DNA from: Alloascoidea hylecoeti
Taxonomy: Eukaryota
Reading direction: 5' to 3'
DNA length: 64,000 nucleotides
Assembly (NCBI GenBank): GCA_001600815.1
Contig: BCKZ01000006.1
Location: forward strand, 310,001-374,000
Of the stretch, positions 1-12,499 are shown piece after piece. Position numbers and translations under genes: made by a program. Each line of letters opens with the position of its first letter. Positions within the stretch are counted from its first letter, which is position 1. Below the pieces are notes generated by a model. It made no database searches, was not told the origin of the DNA, and was given only the letters and a program-made list of their open reading frames with translations.

Positions 1-1089
1 TGCTTTGGAAATTGCTTCAAAGTTATTATCGCCAGATTTATCCGATTCTGCTGCTATGAATGTTGGATCTTTAGTTACTACTATTATTGATAAATTTGGA
101 ACACAATTGGGGAATTTCACAAGTGTTATTTTGGAGGCAGCTACTAGAAGATTAACTAAAGTGAAAGAACCTTTAATTCTTGAAGTATGTCTACTTTTTT
201 TTGTGTGGGTGTTCCTGCTGGGAGTCTCTAACAATATACGTTTTTTAGAATTTGGTTAATGTTTTCTGTTACCTAGTACTCTTATCACCTGAAGAAACGG
301 TTAGTTTTCTTGAAACTGTTTCAATTGACAATAAGAGTGGTCTTCAAATCGTTATACCAGCTTGGTTTAGCTCATTTGAGATTACTCGTGGGTACGAGTA
401 TATCAAAAGAAAGTATGTATTGTTACTTTTTTGTTGTTATGAAAAAACAAGACTAACTAACGATGTTTTACATTTATAGTGTACAAGCATTAGTTAAACT
501 CTATGCTCTTTCTGGTCCAACACTTTCTTCTATAATCGTTGATGGTGATGAAATACCGTACGAAACTACTCGTATTATTACAAGATCTATGTCAAAGAAA
601 AGTAAGTATATTAGTATATTCTATGACCAAAACAAAAAGCATACTAACTTTCAATAGTTCCTCAAAAATTTACTCAGATTCCGGCTACAGAGAAGATCAT
701 AAAGCTTCTTATTAAGGAACTTCACAATCAATCAACTGCTGCAGAAATCGAGGACTTTGATTTCGGTTCTGATTCTGTTGGAAAAGATGATGGAAATGAA
801 GAATGGGAAGATGTTAATAACCTTGATGCTACTTCATATGAGAGTAAGTTCTATTATTGATTTATATATTTTCTATTATTGCTTTTACTGACTAACTGTA
901 ATAGAATTGATGTCATATATCGATGAAGATGAAGAAGTTAGAAGAGAAACTGATCCACAAGGTGAAACTAAAACTATTCTTATCCAATTTTTTAAAGAAA
1001 TTGCACAGAAAAATATGAGTGGCTTTCAACAAATTTATGATCATCTAAGTGATGAAGAAAAACATATATTAACGGAAAATATTGTTTAG
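1..1089 (+). CDS. KAP114: Importin-beta family karyopherin (importin-9/Kap114-like), 3' part, 5 exons in window
   Basis: Introns 185-248, 413-479, 602-657 and 844-904 (GTATGT/GTAAGT donors, CTAAC branch, TAG acceptors) join into one frame. It reads ...IIVDGDEIPYETTRIITRSMSKKIPQKFTQIPATEKIIKLLIKEL...acidic loop...FQQIYDHLSDEEK, typical of the importin-9 C-terminus. The 5' end lies outside the window. Confidence 0.8.
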
Positions 1090-1207
1090 ATTTTTTCACA
1101 TTTATAATTTAATAATAACACTTTAGAGACATCTTACATTTATACGCGTATACATTTGCATAATTATAAAGGATAAAAGTATACACTGTAGTTCTATTTA
1201 CTTATAT

Positions 1208-3385
1208 TTATGCCTTCTTAGCTCCATATCTTTGAACAACCTTACCATCGGGAATGGTAAAGAAAACAGCTGGCGAAACACCCTCCTTGTAAGGTTTATC
1301 TAGTCTATAATAACCTTTTCTCTCGAATTGGATAATATCACCTTCTTTCATATCTTTAACACAAATATCACCAATAGCATCAGTGTGGAATTCAGTATGT
1401 GGAGTTAAGAAATCTTCAAAATTCTCACCATCTTCGATCTTATCTTTGGTGATTAAATGATCAAAATCAACTAAGTCTAATGGGATGTTATTCCCAGGTG
1501 TCTTAGTCAACCAAGTTAACTTCTTCTCAGTTTTCCTGAAATCGCCATCCAAGTGAAGTTTTAAAACTAAGGATTTAACAACATCACCATCCTTCTCAAT
1601 GCTTTCAACAAAAGCATTACCCCAATCCATGAGTGTTATTTCTTCATCTTGTTTTAGTGTTTGGGCATCTTCTTGGTCGATGTAAACTTCTGGTCCATAT
1701 AAAACCGGTTTCTTTCCAACGTCTGGATTTTTCTTATGTTTTGGCTTCTCTTCAGTGATAATTTTATCTGGTGTACCTTCTCCAGTAAGCTTAGCAACAA
1801 CAGCATTCTCTTTAAGAATGGCAGTATGTCTTGGAGCAATTGGATCAATAACTTTCTTATTCACAGCCCAGATGAAACTCCAATCTAAATTAATGATATT
1901 TTTCGAAGGACCTTGGGCAATAACAAACTTTCTTAACCCTTCAACAGTCATACCTCTTCTCCTAACACCTCTGACTGTTGGAAATCTTGGATCATCCCAG
2001 CCAGTAACGTATTTTTTATCAACAAACCATTGTAATTTTCTCTTCGATAATAGAGTTCTAACAAAGTTAACTCTGGCAAAATCCCAAATGTGAACCTTTC
2101 TTAATTTAAGAGCTTTCAACATCCAATCATACTGAGCATTACGGTCTCGATATTCAATTGTCCTTAAAGCATGTGTTACACCTTCAATTGAATCAACAAT
2201 TGGAACACAAAAATCATAGGTTGGATATATCTTCCAGGTAGTACCAGTTCTGTGATGAGGAGTTAAATTACATCTATAAATAACTGGATCCCGTAGAGTT
2301 TTGTTGTTTGCATCAACTGATATCTTAGCGCGAAGGCAGTTTTTAAGACCTACCTCAGTACCATTCTTCATTTCTTCGGTAAAAAAGTGAAGATTTTCTT
2401 CTACTGTTCTATCTCTTCGCGCACTAGCAATACCTTCACCTCTTTGCTCTCTCATTGTCTCTTGTGGTGTATCATCACAGTAAGCCTTACCCTCTTTTAT
2501 AAGTCCAATAGCCATGTCATACATGAGTTGAAAATAATCTGAAGAGTAAGTTAGCTTATCACCTTTAACACCCAAAAGAGCCAAATCTTCAATGATAGCA
2601 TCCTGATATTCTGTCTTCTCTTTACTTGGATTTGTATCATCAAATCTGATAATTAATTTACCATGGTAGATATCAGCAAAGTATTGATTCAATATAGCAG
2701 CTTTAGCATGTCCAATGTGAAGATATCCACTTGGCTCTGGAGGGAAACGTGTAACGACCTCACCATCTTTAGCATCTTGAAGATTGATTTCAAAGTTCGC
2801 TTTATGTTCCTTCTTATGTCCAACTTTACTAGCTTTCCTAATATCATTAACACTCTTTGTCATTTTCTCAACAGAACCACCAAAAACATCATCAGATTCT
2901 AAAAATTTATACCACCTAGTCAAATTGATGTACGATCCCCCCTTGATAACTCCACCAACGATACCATTGGAGCGCAATATACCCCAAACAGCAATATCAG
3001 CAGTAGTTGGGCCATATCCAACGATAAATGAACGATAATTAAGACGGGATTCCAATTTTTCTAATGATGAGCTTAAGACTTTAAAATCCTTTATAGCTAG
3101 ATTATCAAAGGCAAATTTAACCCAATTATCAACCTCTTCCTTTGGTGAGTCACCATAAAAAACAGCTGGATACTCAGAAGCCAGTCTAGCAACAGCTTTT
3201 TCGGTTCCAAAGATCGTCTCTTCACCTAATTTCAAAACAGTAGTAGAATCGCTTTGAGATGAATCAACGAGTTTGTCATCGATAAAAGTAGCATCAACCT
3301 TTTCTGGAACAAAGGCAGCTGCAATCAATGCAGGATATCCAACAAATGGGGCCTTTGAAGCAATTGAAACAGTATATTTCCCCAT
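1208..3385 (-). CDS. GUS1: Cytosolic glutamyl-tRNA synthetase
   Basis: GST-like N-domain, VVTRFPPEPSGYLHIGHAKAA (HIGH motif), RFDDTNP, LSKRKL and the C-terminal QFERKGYY motif. Confidence 0.97.
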   Translation of the reverse strand: MGKYTVSIASKAPFVGYPALIAAAFVPEKVDATFIDDKLVDSSQSDSTTVLKLGEETIFGTEKAVARLASEYPAVFYGDSPKEEVDNWVKFAFDNLAIKDFKVLSSSLEKLESRLNYRSFIVGYGPTTADIAVWGILRSNGIVGGVIKGGSYINLTRWYKFLESDDVFGGSVEKMTKSVNDIRKASKVGHKKEHKANFEINLQDAKDGEVVTRFPPEPSGYLHIGHAKAAILNQYFADIYHGKLIIRFDDTNPSKEKTEYQDAIIEDLALLGVKGDKLTYSSDYFQLMYDMAIGLIKEGKAYCDDTPQETMREQRGEGIASARRDRTVEENLHFFTEEMKNGTEVGLKNCLRAKISVDANNKTLRDPVIYRCNLTPHHRTGTTWKIYPTYDFCVPIVDSIEGVTHALRTIEYRDRNAQYDWMLKALKLRKVHIWDFARVNFVRTLLSKRKLQWFVDKKYVTGWDDPRFPTVRGVRRRGMTVEGLRKFVIAQGPSKNIINLDWSFIWAVNKKVIDPIAPRHTAILKENAVVAKLTGEGTPDKIITEEKPKHKKNPDVGKKPVLYGPEVYIDQEDAQTLKQDEEITLMDWGNAFVESIEKDGDVVKSLVLKLHLDGDFRKTEKKLTWLTKTPGNNIPLDLVDFDHLITKDKIEDGENFEDFLTPHTEFHTDAIGDICVKDMKEGDIIQFERKGYYRLDKPYKEGVSPAVFFTIPDGKVVQRYGAKKA

Positions 3386-3695
3386 ATTTGTGTGTATACG
3401 GTTTGGTATAAAAATTGAGAGTGTTACGATTTAATGTTCCTTTTTATATATGAATCATCAGAAAAATTGCACTCATTTGGATTTAGGCGATTTGTCCGGG
3501 TAAAATAAATGTTCCATATTATAACATGTAAAATCCAAAACTATCATGATCACTACATTTCTACAAAGTAGTTTTATATAATACACTATTATATATTAAA
3601 TCAATTAAAATATATATAAAAAGGCGTTTTTAGTTTAAAATGTCTGTCTTTTGAGAAAGCAAAGAAAAGTTAGTATTATATAATTAGTAGCATTT

Positions 3696-5108
3696 TTAAT
3701 ATGCTATCATTCCGCGACTAGGGCTAGACATTCTTTGATCTGAAGCATAGTATGATTGTGGTGTAAAGATAGGCATAAACATATCAGGTGTATTTGCAAA
3801 GCTCGATGGAGTAAATGATGTACCATTCATGTTAGCCTGTCTGCGTGGTGTTGTGGGTGGTGGCAGAGGATTTGTAGTATTATTAGTATTGTGTGAATCT
3901 AAATTTTTCCTAATATTTTTAGATGAACTTCTATAATTAAAAAATGCATAGTTCACTAGAAATACAGATCCGACAGTAATCAAAACAATAAAGGTTAAAG
4001 ATTTAAAACTTATTGGCTCCATGAAACTGTTTATAACTTCAGCTAGGGTTTGTACGGTTATTTTAGCACGTCCAAAGGATAATGGGTCTCTATTCATACA
4101 GCTTTCTAAAGTCTGGCAATAATCTTTCATCATTGGGCCCTGATCTCCTCTCGATTTGCATTGATTTATCATGTATTCATGAGAGCAACCATCTATTTCC
4201 TTTTGATTTTCATATTTAAGTTTATCAATATTTTTTGTAATGTCTCCATGAAGAGCAGTCATGAATCCATAGGCAAGATAAATAACAATTCCACAAAGAA
4301 TAACATCAAAAAGCAATTGAAGATAATGGGATAATACATATGGAACATTTGGATCTGTCAATAGGCTTTTTAAGATGGAATTTTCATTATAAAAAGTATC
4401 CTTCATATCTTTGTTAACTAGTTGTTTCTTATTATTCTTTTTCTTTTGAGACCCCCATTGATAATCAGTTTTAGAATATTCATAACTCCAATCCTTATCT
4501 GTTTCATCAGTATCAGTTGTTATATCGGATTCATGGTTATACCTGGCAACTACAGGTGAATTATGTTTGGAGTTTAGAAATTTTCGCTTATTCTTTGAAT
4601 CAGGAGACGTATGCTTTTTGGGGCTTTTCTTATAAATCCGAGGTGAACTTATTATTGGCTGTTTTTTAGCAGAGAAACAGACACGATTTAACTTGGAAGG
4701 ACTATTGATCTTCTTTAGTGCAGAAGGTGGTAATGGCGGTAACTTTCTTGGAGAAGTGCTTGTATTGCTGTAACTGAATGAATTTGGTTGATATCTTGGA
4801 CCATTGATAGAGGGTGGAATTGGCTCTGTAGCGGTATTATTATTGATATTCTTATTTGCATTGAAAGGACTGTCTTTTGGTGTTGAGGTGTCTCCTGTGT
4901 TCCCAAGATGCTTCAGTGAAGTTGTATCTGCTTTGACGTTTTTAAACTCGTATAAAACGGTGACATCATTATCTACTTCACTATCTTCTCCATTTTCATT
5001 TTTGTCCATATTAGTTCTTGTTTTCTTTTCCGGATGGAGATGAATAGGCTTATTTTTCTTTCTAATGTTGGTGTCAACGTTCTGAGAATTGACCATGCCA
5101 GATATCAT
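3696..5108 (-). CDS. Brl1/Brr6-family nuclear envelope membrane protein
   Basis: PYVLSHYLQLLF before TM1, luminal four-Cys loop (CSHEYMINQC...CQTLESCMNRDP), then LAEVINSFMEPISFK and TM2. Long disordered N-terminus, as in Brl1. Confidence 0.85.
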   Translation of the reverse strand: MISGMVNSQNVDTNIRKKNKPIHLHPEKKTRTNMDKNENGEDSEVDNDVTVLYEFKNVKADTTSLKHLGNTGDTSTPKDSPFNANKNINNNTATEPIPPSINGPRYQPNSFSYSNTSTSPRKLPPLPPSALKKINSPSKLNRVCFSAKKQPIISSPRIYKKSPKKHTSPDSKNKRKFLNSKHNSPVVARYNHESDITTDTDETDKDWSYEYSKTDYQWGSQKKKNNKKQLVNKDMKDTFYNENSILKSLLTDPNVPYVLSHYLQLLFDVILCGIVIYLAYGFMTALHGDITKNIDKLKYENQKEIDGCSHEYMINQCKSRGDQGPMMKDYCQTLESCMNRDPLSFGRAKITVQTLAEVINSFMEPISFKSLTFIVLITVGSVFLVNYAFFNYRSSSKNIRKNLDSHNTNNTTNPLPPPTTPRRQANMNGTSFTPSSFANTPDMFMPIFTPQSYYASDQRMSSPSRGMIAY

Positions 5109-5632
5109 ATAGATTAATATTAGTACCGCTACTCAGAAGAAATATAGATCTAGACTATTTTAAAAGAGGTCGGAATCAATGAAGGGAAATACTATATTAA
5201 TATTAATATTTGTTTACCTTTCTGGAGCCGGGTAATAAACATGGCAATATGATGAGTATTAAGATAGATCACTATCGAAGAACGGATTAAAACAAGAACT
5301 TATGAAATTGAAGGAACATAAACAGATCAGGAAAACCGGTGCCTATGTGCACTCGCAAAGCGGAGAAGGAACATTGAATAAATATAGGGTTCTAATCGAG
5401 ACTATCCTCTACAAGGTCATGATCTTGAGAACTTGTCTTCCAAACATGAAAACCACATGAAGTTTAGAAGAGGTGCTTAAACCTTGGTGTATTTCAAAGG
5501 GATGGAAACTCCATTTAAGATCATAGCTGCTTGATGTTGATTGTTCTATGTCTCTGTAGGATACAAAGCTGTAAGATGGTCAAAAATTGTATTTTCATCA
5601 CGTGATAATGATAAGATGATCACAAAAAGGAG

Positions 5633-5716
5633 TCTCCTGGGGGTGAATCGAACACCCGATCTCAAGATTATTGATCCATTACAGTCTCGCGCCTTAGCCA
5701 ACTGGGCCACCAGGAG
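5633..5716 (-). tRNA. tRNA-Tyr(GTA) with 10-nt intron (5669-5678)
   Basis: Minus strand CTCCTGG...CCAGGAG-A acceptor stem, A-box TGGCCCAGTTGG, anticodon arm CGAGA-CT-GTA-A[TGGATCAATA]A-TCTTG, T-loop GTTCGATTC, followed by a T5 terminator. Confidence 0.95.
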
Positions 5717-6383
5717 TTTTGCTTATGGTGCTAGTATAAGTCATATATAGCTTGTTATTTTTAGCTAAAAAATCCATTCGCGCATATATATTATATCCAT
5801 AACTTCTAAGAATTATGTAGGCTTCAGATTACTTTTAGCTGTGACTACGTTCAGATAGACTATCGATATATATTAACGTATGCTAATATAATATTTAATT
5901 TGATTGATGCATATTTTATTGTTAATAATATATATTTTATTATTATAATATATAATTCCAACATATCAATTGAAAGTCTATATGTTGAACATTCCCAGCG
6001 CTTGTTATATGGGCAGAGCAGACGGAAGAACTATATATAATCAACAAAGGAAAGAAAGTTTAAAATAATTAACGATTTCTTTAGATATGAATTTGAACCA
6101 ATTGAATTAATAATTTACAATTTTTAGTTAGATTAATTGATGCTTTAGGTAGGATAACGGTGAGTATTGCATGGTTATATTGATTATTTGATACTTTTAT
6201 TTTTAAAGTATTCGGGAAAAGATGTCAAAATTGAGGAAAAGGGGATGATTGAACATTTCAAGACAAAAAGCTGTATGAATATATAAATTTTATACCTAAT
6301 CTTTTATAAATATTACGTAATACATAAGTTATATCTTTTGTAAATATTTTCTTTCTTTTACATATCATCTTTCGAATTCAAAT

Positions 6384-7356
6384 ATGTCTCATAATGAAAG
6401 TAATTTGAGAACTCCAACTCCATCATCAAGGAGTTTAAACCCCAAAGGCAAACCAAAAGTGAATAATAGTAAAGATCCTTCCAATACTTTCACCCCTGTC
6501 AATGAAAATAAATCAACCCTTATAATCCCGCCAGCGGTGAAAAGGAAACAAAGTGGAAATTTATCAAGAACTGTTAAAAGGTCAATCAAAAGGAAACCAT
6601 CAAAATTTAATGAACGTATTACAATTAATTCTGGTGATAATGGTTCCAAGAAGGTTAATTGTAACACATTGCAAGGGACAAGTTGTGACCCACCACATAA
6701 ACAGGATGGCGAAGTCTCATGTGATTCAATGCCTCATTTTAAATATAATCAAGAAAATGGTATTAATCATGATGGTTTAAATAATGTTCAAAAAGAACAG
6801 TCTGGTGGTGAAGCTTTAAATGACAATTCTCAAGAGAGTAATACAACAGTCAAAATTGAAAATACAGGTTCAAATGAAAATGAAAATTTAAATGAACCTT
6901 TAAAAAAATCTTATGATGAAATAATTAATGATTATGAGAAAACAAGTTCAAGAAACATTAAAACTATTCATGGAGCTTCTGTTTTAAAACCTGCTGAATT
7001 ATATGATGTTGATAATATTTCAATAGGTTACAAAGAAATTATGGAACTTCATAATGACGAACAAATGAAACTCATGGAAGAATTCAGTCAATTTACTGAC
7101 GTAAGTTTAATACATCAATTCTTTTAAAAATATATTATATATATTAATTAACAATTATAAATAGGAGGTTGTAGCTTGGGATAAAGCACCAATTCAATTT
7201 GATAATTATCGTGGTCGTAAACGTCTTAAAGTTATGATTAATTGGATTAATCAAAAGGAATCAATTTTAGAAAAATCAAGAAATGATTTAATTTCATCAA
7301 TTAACGTTATTAAAACAGTTTTAGGAGTTATGGATCGTCAACTGGTTAATCATTAA
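6384..7356 (+). CDS. Hypothetical protein, disordered N-terminus and helical/coiled-coil C-terminus; intron 7101-7164
   Basis: ORF 6384+ splices at GTAAGT(7101)...TTAAC...TAG(7164) into an in-frame exon EVVAWDKAPIQFDNYRGRKRLKVMINWINQKE...VNH*. Family not recognised. Confidence 0.7.
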
Positions 7357-7843
7357 CATAAAGTTGAAAAATATATTATTATTAATATTTTTTATCAATT
7401 TTTTGTTTAATTTACCATGATTTTATAAGAAAATACCAAAATATTACATCAGTAAAATTCCATTTTTCACCATCGACTAAAATTTTTGTTTCTTCATTAA
7501 TACTATTACTTTCAGTCATAGAAACATTCATATTGGAATAGTTTAACATTTACACGATACGACTTGGGTGTTCTTAGTGTTAATGAATTTTACTTACGAG
7601 CCTGCTGATGTACACGTAAATTATATATGAATTCATTTAATCGCTCTCCTCATGATTAGGTGGGAAGATTTACTACTCTTCGTTCACAATCACAATAAAA
7701 ATTTAACAAATAAATAGTAAGTCTAATTATGAATTCACAATAATATAGTATAATTTTTGTGTTTATGTTCTCATCTTATAATTAATATTAGATAATAGAT
7801 AGCTAGATTTTGTCGAAAATCTAATATTTTAAATAAGGGTGTA

Positions 7844-8812
7844 TTAATTATTAGCAGCAAAACTATGATGCTTATAGTAGATGTTCATCAGTATTGTCGC
7901 TGCATTAAATATTTCCTCATTGTACTCTTCCTCATTGTATTCTTCCGCATTGTATGCTTCTTCATGGTCTTCTTCTTCAAGACAAAGTTCTTCGTATTTA
8001 TCCATAAGAGCAACGTTTCTTTCTGATTGCAATTTGTTTTTTATTTTCCAATCAAAGAATTTTATGGCTTTTGGCAATGTCATTCTGTGGACACATTTTC
8101 CCCAGTATATACCACAAGCATTACAAACAGAACCATATGGAGTATTACGTTTTTGTAGCAGTTGATTTTTTTTGTTAAACGAAGTAGCCTTGCAATATGC
8201 GCATATTTTCATCTTCTTTTTGGCTGATTCAGATATGCCAGTGGAACTACCATTAGCAATTTCAATAAAGTTATTACCCTCTAAATAAGGAGACCCTCTC
8301 TTTCTCTTTCTGTTTTGATTTTTTCCAAGGTTACTGTTTCCAGAATTTACAGCACTTCTCTTTCGTGTATCATTGGATTGATTTTTAGCGCTGACAAAAA
8401 TATTTCTAGACTCCTCTTGAACGTTTGTATTAATCTTGCTGTTAGTATCAGTAGAAATAACGGGCCCATTTGAGGTTCTTATGGATCCACTAGACATTGA
8501 ATTCAAAGATTTTTCAGTCTTATTGATCTTTTCATTCTGCTCTTCTATCAGATTTGGGAATTTATTTTTTGTAAATTCATCTATATTAATTTTAAAACTT
8601 TGGGGGGTGGTATATTCATATATATTTGTTTTAGAACATCGTTTTTTATGCGAATCTTTGAAAATGACAATTAGAGATTTTTTTGGATTTCCAGGTACAA
8701 GTATCGGATAATAGAGAATTTATTTTCTTTGTAATTAGATCTACTTATCCGTTTCTTGCTTAAACTTACGGAGTTTTGATGATGAGTGAGAATCAGACTC
8801 TAAAGTGATCAT
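7844..8812 (-). CDS. GATA-like zinc-finger transcription factor with atypical spacer; probable intron 8656-8769
   Basis: CAYC-x22-CNACGIYW motif. The frame is open well upstream of the tracked start. ATG 8812 with GTAAGT(8769)...CTAAT...AAG(8656) splices in frame and removes three stops. Confidence 0.7.
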
Positions 8813-9644
8813 TGTTGCAATATTATAGCTGAATAAAAGATATTTGGTTGCAAGTTAAAAGAAAAAGAGATATCAAGAGTAGATTTAAGATATAGGCCCT
8901 ACATGTATACACCCATATCTACAACCGCATTAATACAACTACTATACCACTTATCTAACCGATATTTTGTGATAAAATTTGAATTTCCTTATTTGTCGTA
9001 CAAATATAAAATTATCTTTAAATTTCCATTATATTTCAAGATTAACAGTTTCTTTGGAATTGAAAGATTTAGTCAACCAAATGCATAGGCTCGCTTAATA
9101 TCCCAGCAGCCAATTTTCAAATGTATATGACTTCACCATATAGAAATGATGGAATAACTCCAGTTAAAAAAATATGTTCGAGCGCTAAAGCTCAGTTTAA
9201 GTTCTACTCGATTATATAAGGTTATATATGGTCATCGCTTTTTTATTTTTTATTATATTCATAGTTGCATACGCTCAAAGTAAAAGATATTATAAGCGAT
9301 ACACGACTTTTAGGTACAATATGGTTTAAAGTTATACATATTAAAGTGAAGCGAATAATGTGCTACAATTGAAATATACGTATCGTATCACGTAGAAATG
9401 ACTTTTACAATGTTTTTCATCGCTACTTTCATAAATATGTATCATTATCCTTTTTAACTATTACCAGTGTTGCTCTCATAATGTTTATATATAATAGTAT
9501 CTACTATATACTAAAAATGTATTGGAGATGAAAACTTGGAAACTGTAAGCGATTTTGTACTTCTATAAACTTTCTAGAATATAAATAATTAGATTATATA
9601 AGAAGTATGTATTTCCTTACACCAACCAATTCTGATGATAACCA

Positions 9645-10030
9645 GTACCAGTTCTTCTTTGAAAGGAGTACTATTTATCAACAAATCACCAATAATAATA
9701 CCAAAATCAATTCTTTGTGATAAAACATTTAATATTGTGATTTTTCCAATACCGGATGTGCCCATCAAAACGATGATTGTACAATGTTTGACCCATAACC
9801 TTTTTCTTCGTCGGTTATGATCTTACTATTATCAAATTTCTTTTTAAATTCATCTGTGATACAAACTTCACTTAAACATAATCCCCACACAGAAACTATT
9901 GTCACAATTAAAAAAATTACCATGCAAAGTTTCTTCAAACAAGAGGAAACTTATAATTATAGCCTGTAGTAATATATATCTATCACCCCATACAAGAATT
10001 GAGCCGGTATTTGCACCTAGAATAGCATGG
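9645..10030 (-). pseudogene. Decayed fragment of a PDR-type (Pdr5/Snq2/Cdr1-like) ABC transporter
   Basis: Minus-strand translation gives GANTGSILVWGDRY/ITTGYNYKFPLV*RNF (PDR_CDR region, with a frameshift and a TGA at the conserved W). Then WVKHCTIIVLMGTSGIGKITILNVLSQRIDFGIIIGDLLIN (NBD2 Walker A region; family consensus GWVKPGTLTALMGxSGAGKTTLLxVLAQR...GVITGD). Confidence 0.8.
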
Positions 10031-10894
10031 AAATGGTTCTAATCATGATGAATACACAACCTCAGATACTTATATTTTATTCGATGCATAAGCCATTACT
10101 TCAGGAGCTTTGATATTTCTTCATTACACTAAAATATCAGATATTTTATTTCATTCCATGAAATATCTAAGCTCAACCAAATAATTCTAGGTTGTATCAT
10201 AAAAGGCCAATTGAAGCACAAGAATCATCATCGGTAGTGTATAGTATACCTACCCAATAGTATTCTGATGATGGATGGACACACATCTCATAAAAGCACA
10301 CGACCTTCAGGTACCTTACCTTTCATTATAAACTCCTATTACATACTGTAGTCATCACATTCATAAAAATGATAAGTGGGAATCCTTTCTTTTATAGACA
10401 AATCACACATACATGCACGTATCCTAGCCTGGTAAATAGTGCACGTGAGAGCTGTTTATCTGAAATATTTCAAACGTCGTTCTCTCTTCTTTCATTATTA
10501 TGCATATTAAAAGTGTTTGAGTTTATCTTTAACTCTTCAAAAATTATAAGCATTTAAAAATTGTCTTATCACTTAAATATATAATTGAATAATTTCTTGT
10601 AATATTAATATTCAGATTTCTAATACTTGCAATTGGAGGTAAAGTGGTAATTATTCTTTCTAAATTTGCATAATATATGAACGTTTCAACATTATAATTA
10701 CCAGGCAATGATTCTAAAGTTGTTAAATAAGTTAAATGAAAAAGTAGTCTTTTAATCTGAGATTCAAATTCCCATTCTTTATAAACTTCTGTTTATTAAG
10801 TGTGGTATATATAGGAACCACGCGTAAATTCTATACCGGGATCAAAAGTTTCCAACCAACCTAACCATCCAGAAGTGGAAAATCAGTCCAATAA

Positions 10895-11707
10895 ATGTCA
10901 CAAACTATACTGCGACGATTATACCCGGTTTCCAAACTAATTGGTTCATCGGGTTCCAAGAGCTCTATTGGACTACAGAATGGTCCGATTTCAATAATAA
11001 CGGCTCGTTCATTTACAGCTACACCCAACATTAAAAATTCGTCCAACATTTCAGAAGAACAAAAGAAAAAAGAATCTTTGGAATGGCTTTCTGCAATTAG
11101 ATCTCTTAAAAAGGAGTTTACAAATAGTGAAGAAGGATATGATCCACAAACGGCACTTGTTGTTCCTGGTGTTAGACGTACACCCTTAGGAGCCAAACCA
11201 CCAGCTAATTGGGAACCAACTGAGGAACAATTAGCAGAAGTTGAAGCATTGAAAAAATTCCCAAAACCTGTTGTTGATGATCCAATGGTTATATATCTTT
11301 CTAATTTTTTAATGAAAAGAGGTAAAAAAGCAACAGCACAAAAAAGGTTTTCAAGAGCTTTATATCATATTTTTGTTAAAACTCGATTAGACCCTTTGCA
11401 ATATTTTTTTGATGCTTTAGATTCTTTAGCACCTGTTGTTAAGATTTTTTCTGCATCTGATGGTGGTGCAAAAGTAACAACATATCCTAAACCACTTGAT
11501 AGAAAAGGTAGATATCGTCAAGCTTGGTCATGGATCATTGAAGAATCAGATAAAAGAACATCTAGGGATATTACAGTTAGATTGGCAGAAGAAATAATGG
11601 CAGTTCATGATGGGAATTCTCAAGCTTTTAAGAAAAAATCAGCAGTTCATAAAATTGCAATTGTTAATAGAGAAAATATTCATTGGATTCACGGATATAA
11701 GAAGTAA
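10895..11707 (+). CDS. RSM7: Mitochondrial small-subunit ribosomal protein uS7m
   Basis: Presequence-like N-terminus; LMKRGKKATAQK, QAWSWIIE, RLAEEIMAV...AFKKKSAVHKIAIVNR uS7 motifs. Confidence 0.9.
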   Translation: MSQTILRRLYPVSKLIGSSGSKSSIGLQNGPISIITARSFTATPNIKNSSNISEEQKKKESLEWLSAIRSLKKEFTNSEEGYDPQTALVVPGVRRTPLGAKPPANWEPTEEQLAEVEALKKFPKPVVDDPMVIYLSNFLMKRGKKATAQKRFSRALYHIFVKTRLDPLQYFFDALDSLAPVVKIFSASDGGAKVTTYPKPLDRKGRYRQAWSWIIEESDKRTSRDITVRLAEEIMAVHDGNSQAFKKKSAVHKIAIVNRENIHWIHGYKK

Positions 11708-12499
11708 ATCAAAAAGTTGAGATATTATTAAGATCTTGAGAATATGTACTACTGAATGTTATAATTTTTTTTCTTCAAAATTATTTCTGCTTTGTATATA
11801 GAAGTTCCATAAGAAAATGCATAAATAATTAAAACATTTAAATGTATTCGAATTCGTCATTAATATTTGTATGATGAATGTTACTAAGCTCGCGTGTATT
11901 TATCTAAAAAATAGTTGAAGAGATCCTCCAACGATGAAACCAAATCTATAATCAATCCGAAAACGGCTATTTCTTTAGAGTCAATCTTAAAAGTTGGTCA
12001 TTCCATCATTTACAGTTCAACAAGGCCTAGTCATGATCAATTAATAGTAATCATGCTATGCAATTATAATTGAATGATAAGTTCTAATAAGATTATAGAG
12101 AGCCACTTAAACGCTTATGCAAAACAATTGCAATTATTTCAGTAAATTTGTTAATTATAATGATATTATTGTTGCTCTGTTTTATAAAGATTTTGTTGTC
12201 GTTTGATAAATTTCAGTGGATTAATCGATATCTGTTCACTTTAATTCCTATATTTTTCTTTGATAATAATTAAATAAATTATATTGTTAAGGGTCAAGAT
12301 TTCTTGATAACTTGTGATTATGATTATAATTAATTACAAAGATGATGTTAAAGAAATAATTTAATACAAAATGTTCATTTTAATAGAGCGATTAAAGATT
12401 ATAAGATATAGCGTATGATCATAATTATATAATATATTATAATTTAACTTGAACACATTTTGTGATTATCGATATCGATCGCGATATCATTCATCAATT

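Noticed and set aside
1654..3038. Short ORFs overlapping GUS1 (and similar ones overlapping PCL5, NPL6, RGD2, RPP0, TEL2)
   Set aside because: Antisense or shifted-frame shadows of real genes with no recognisable domains.
5541..5750. 69-aa ORF (and the 79-aa ORF at 22885-23124)
   Set aside because: They overlap tRNA genes; spurious.
5753..5963. TGTTA...CAACA segment upstream of tRNA-Tyr as a solo LTR
   Set aside because: No target-site duplication and no second copy in the window.
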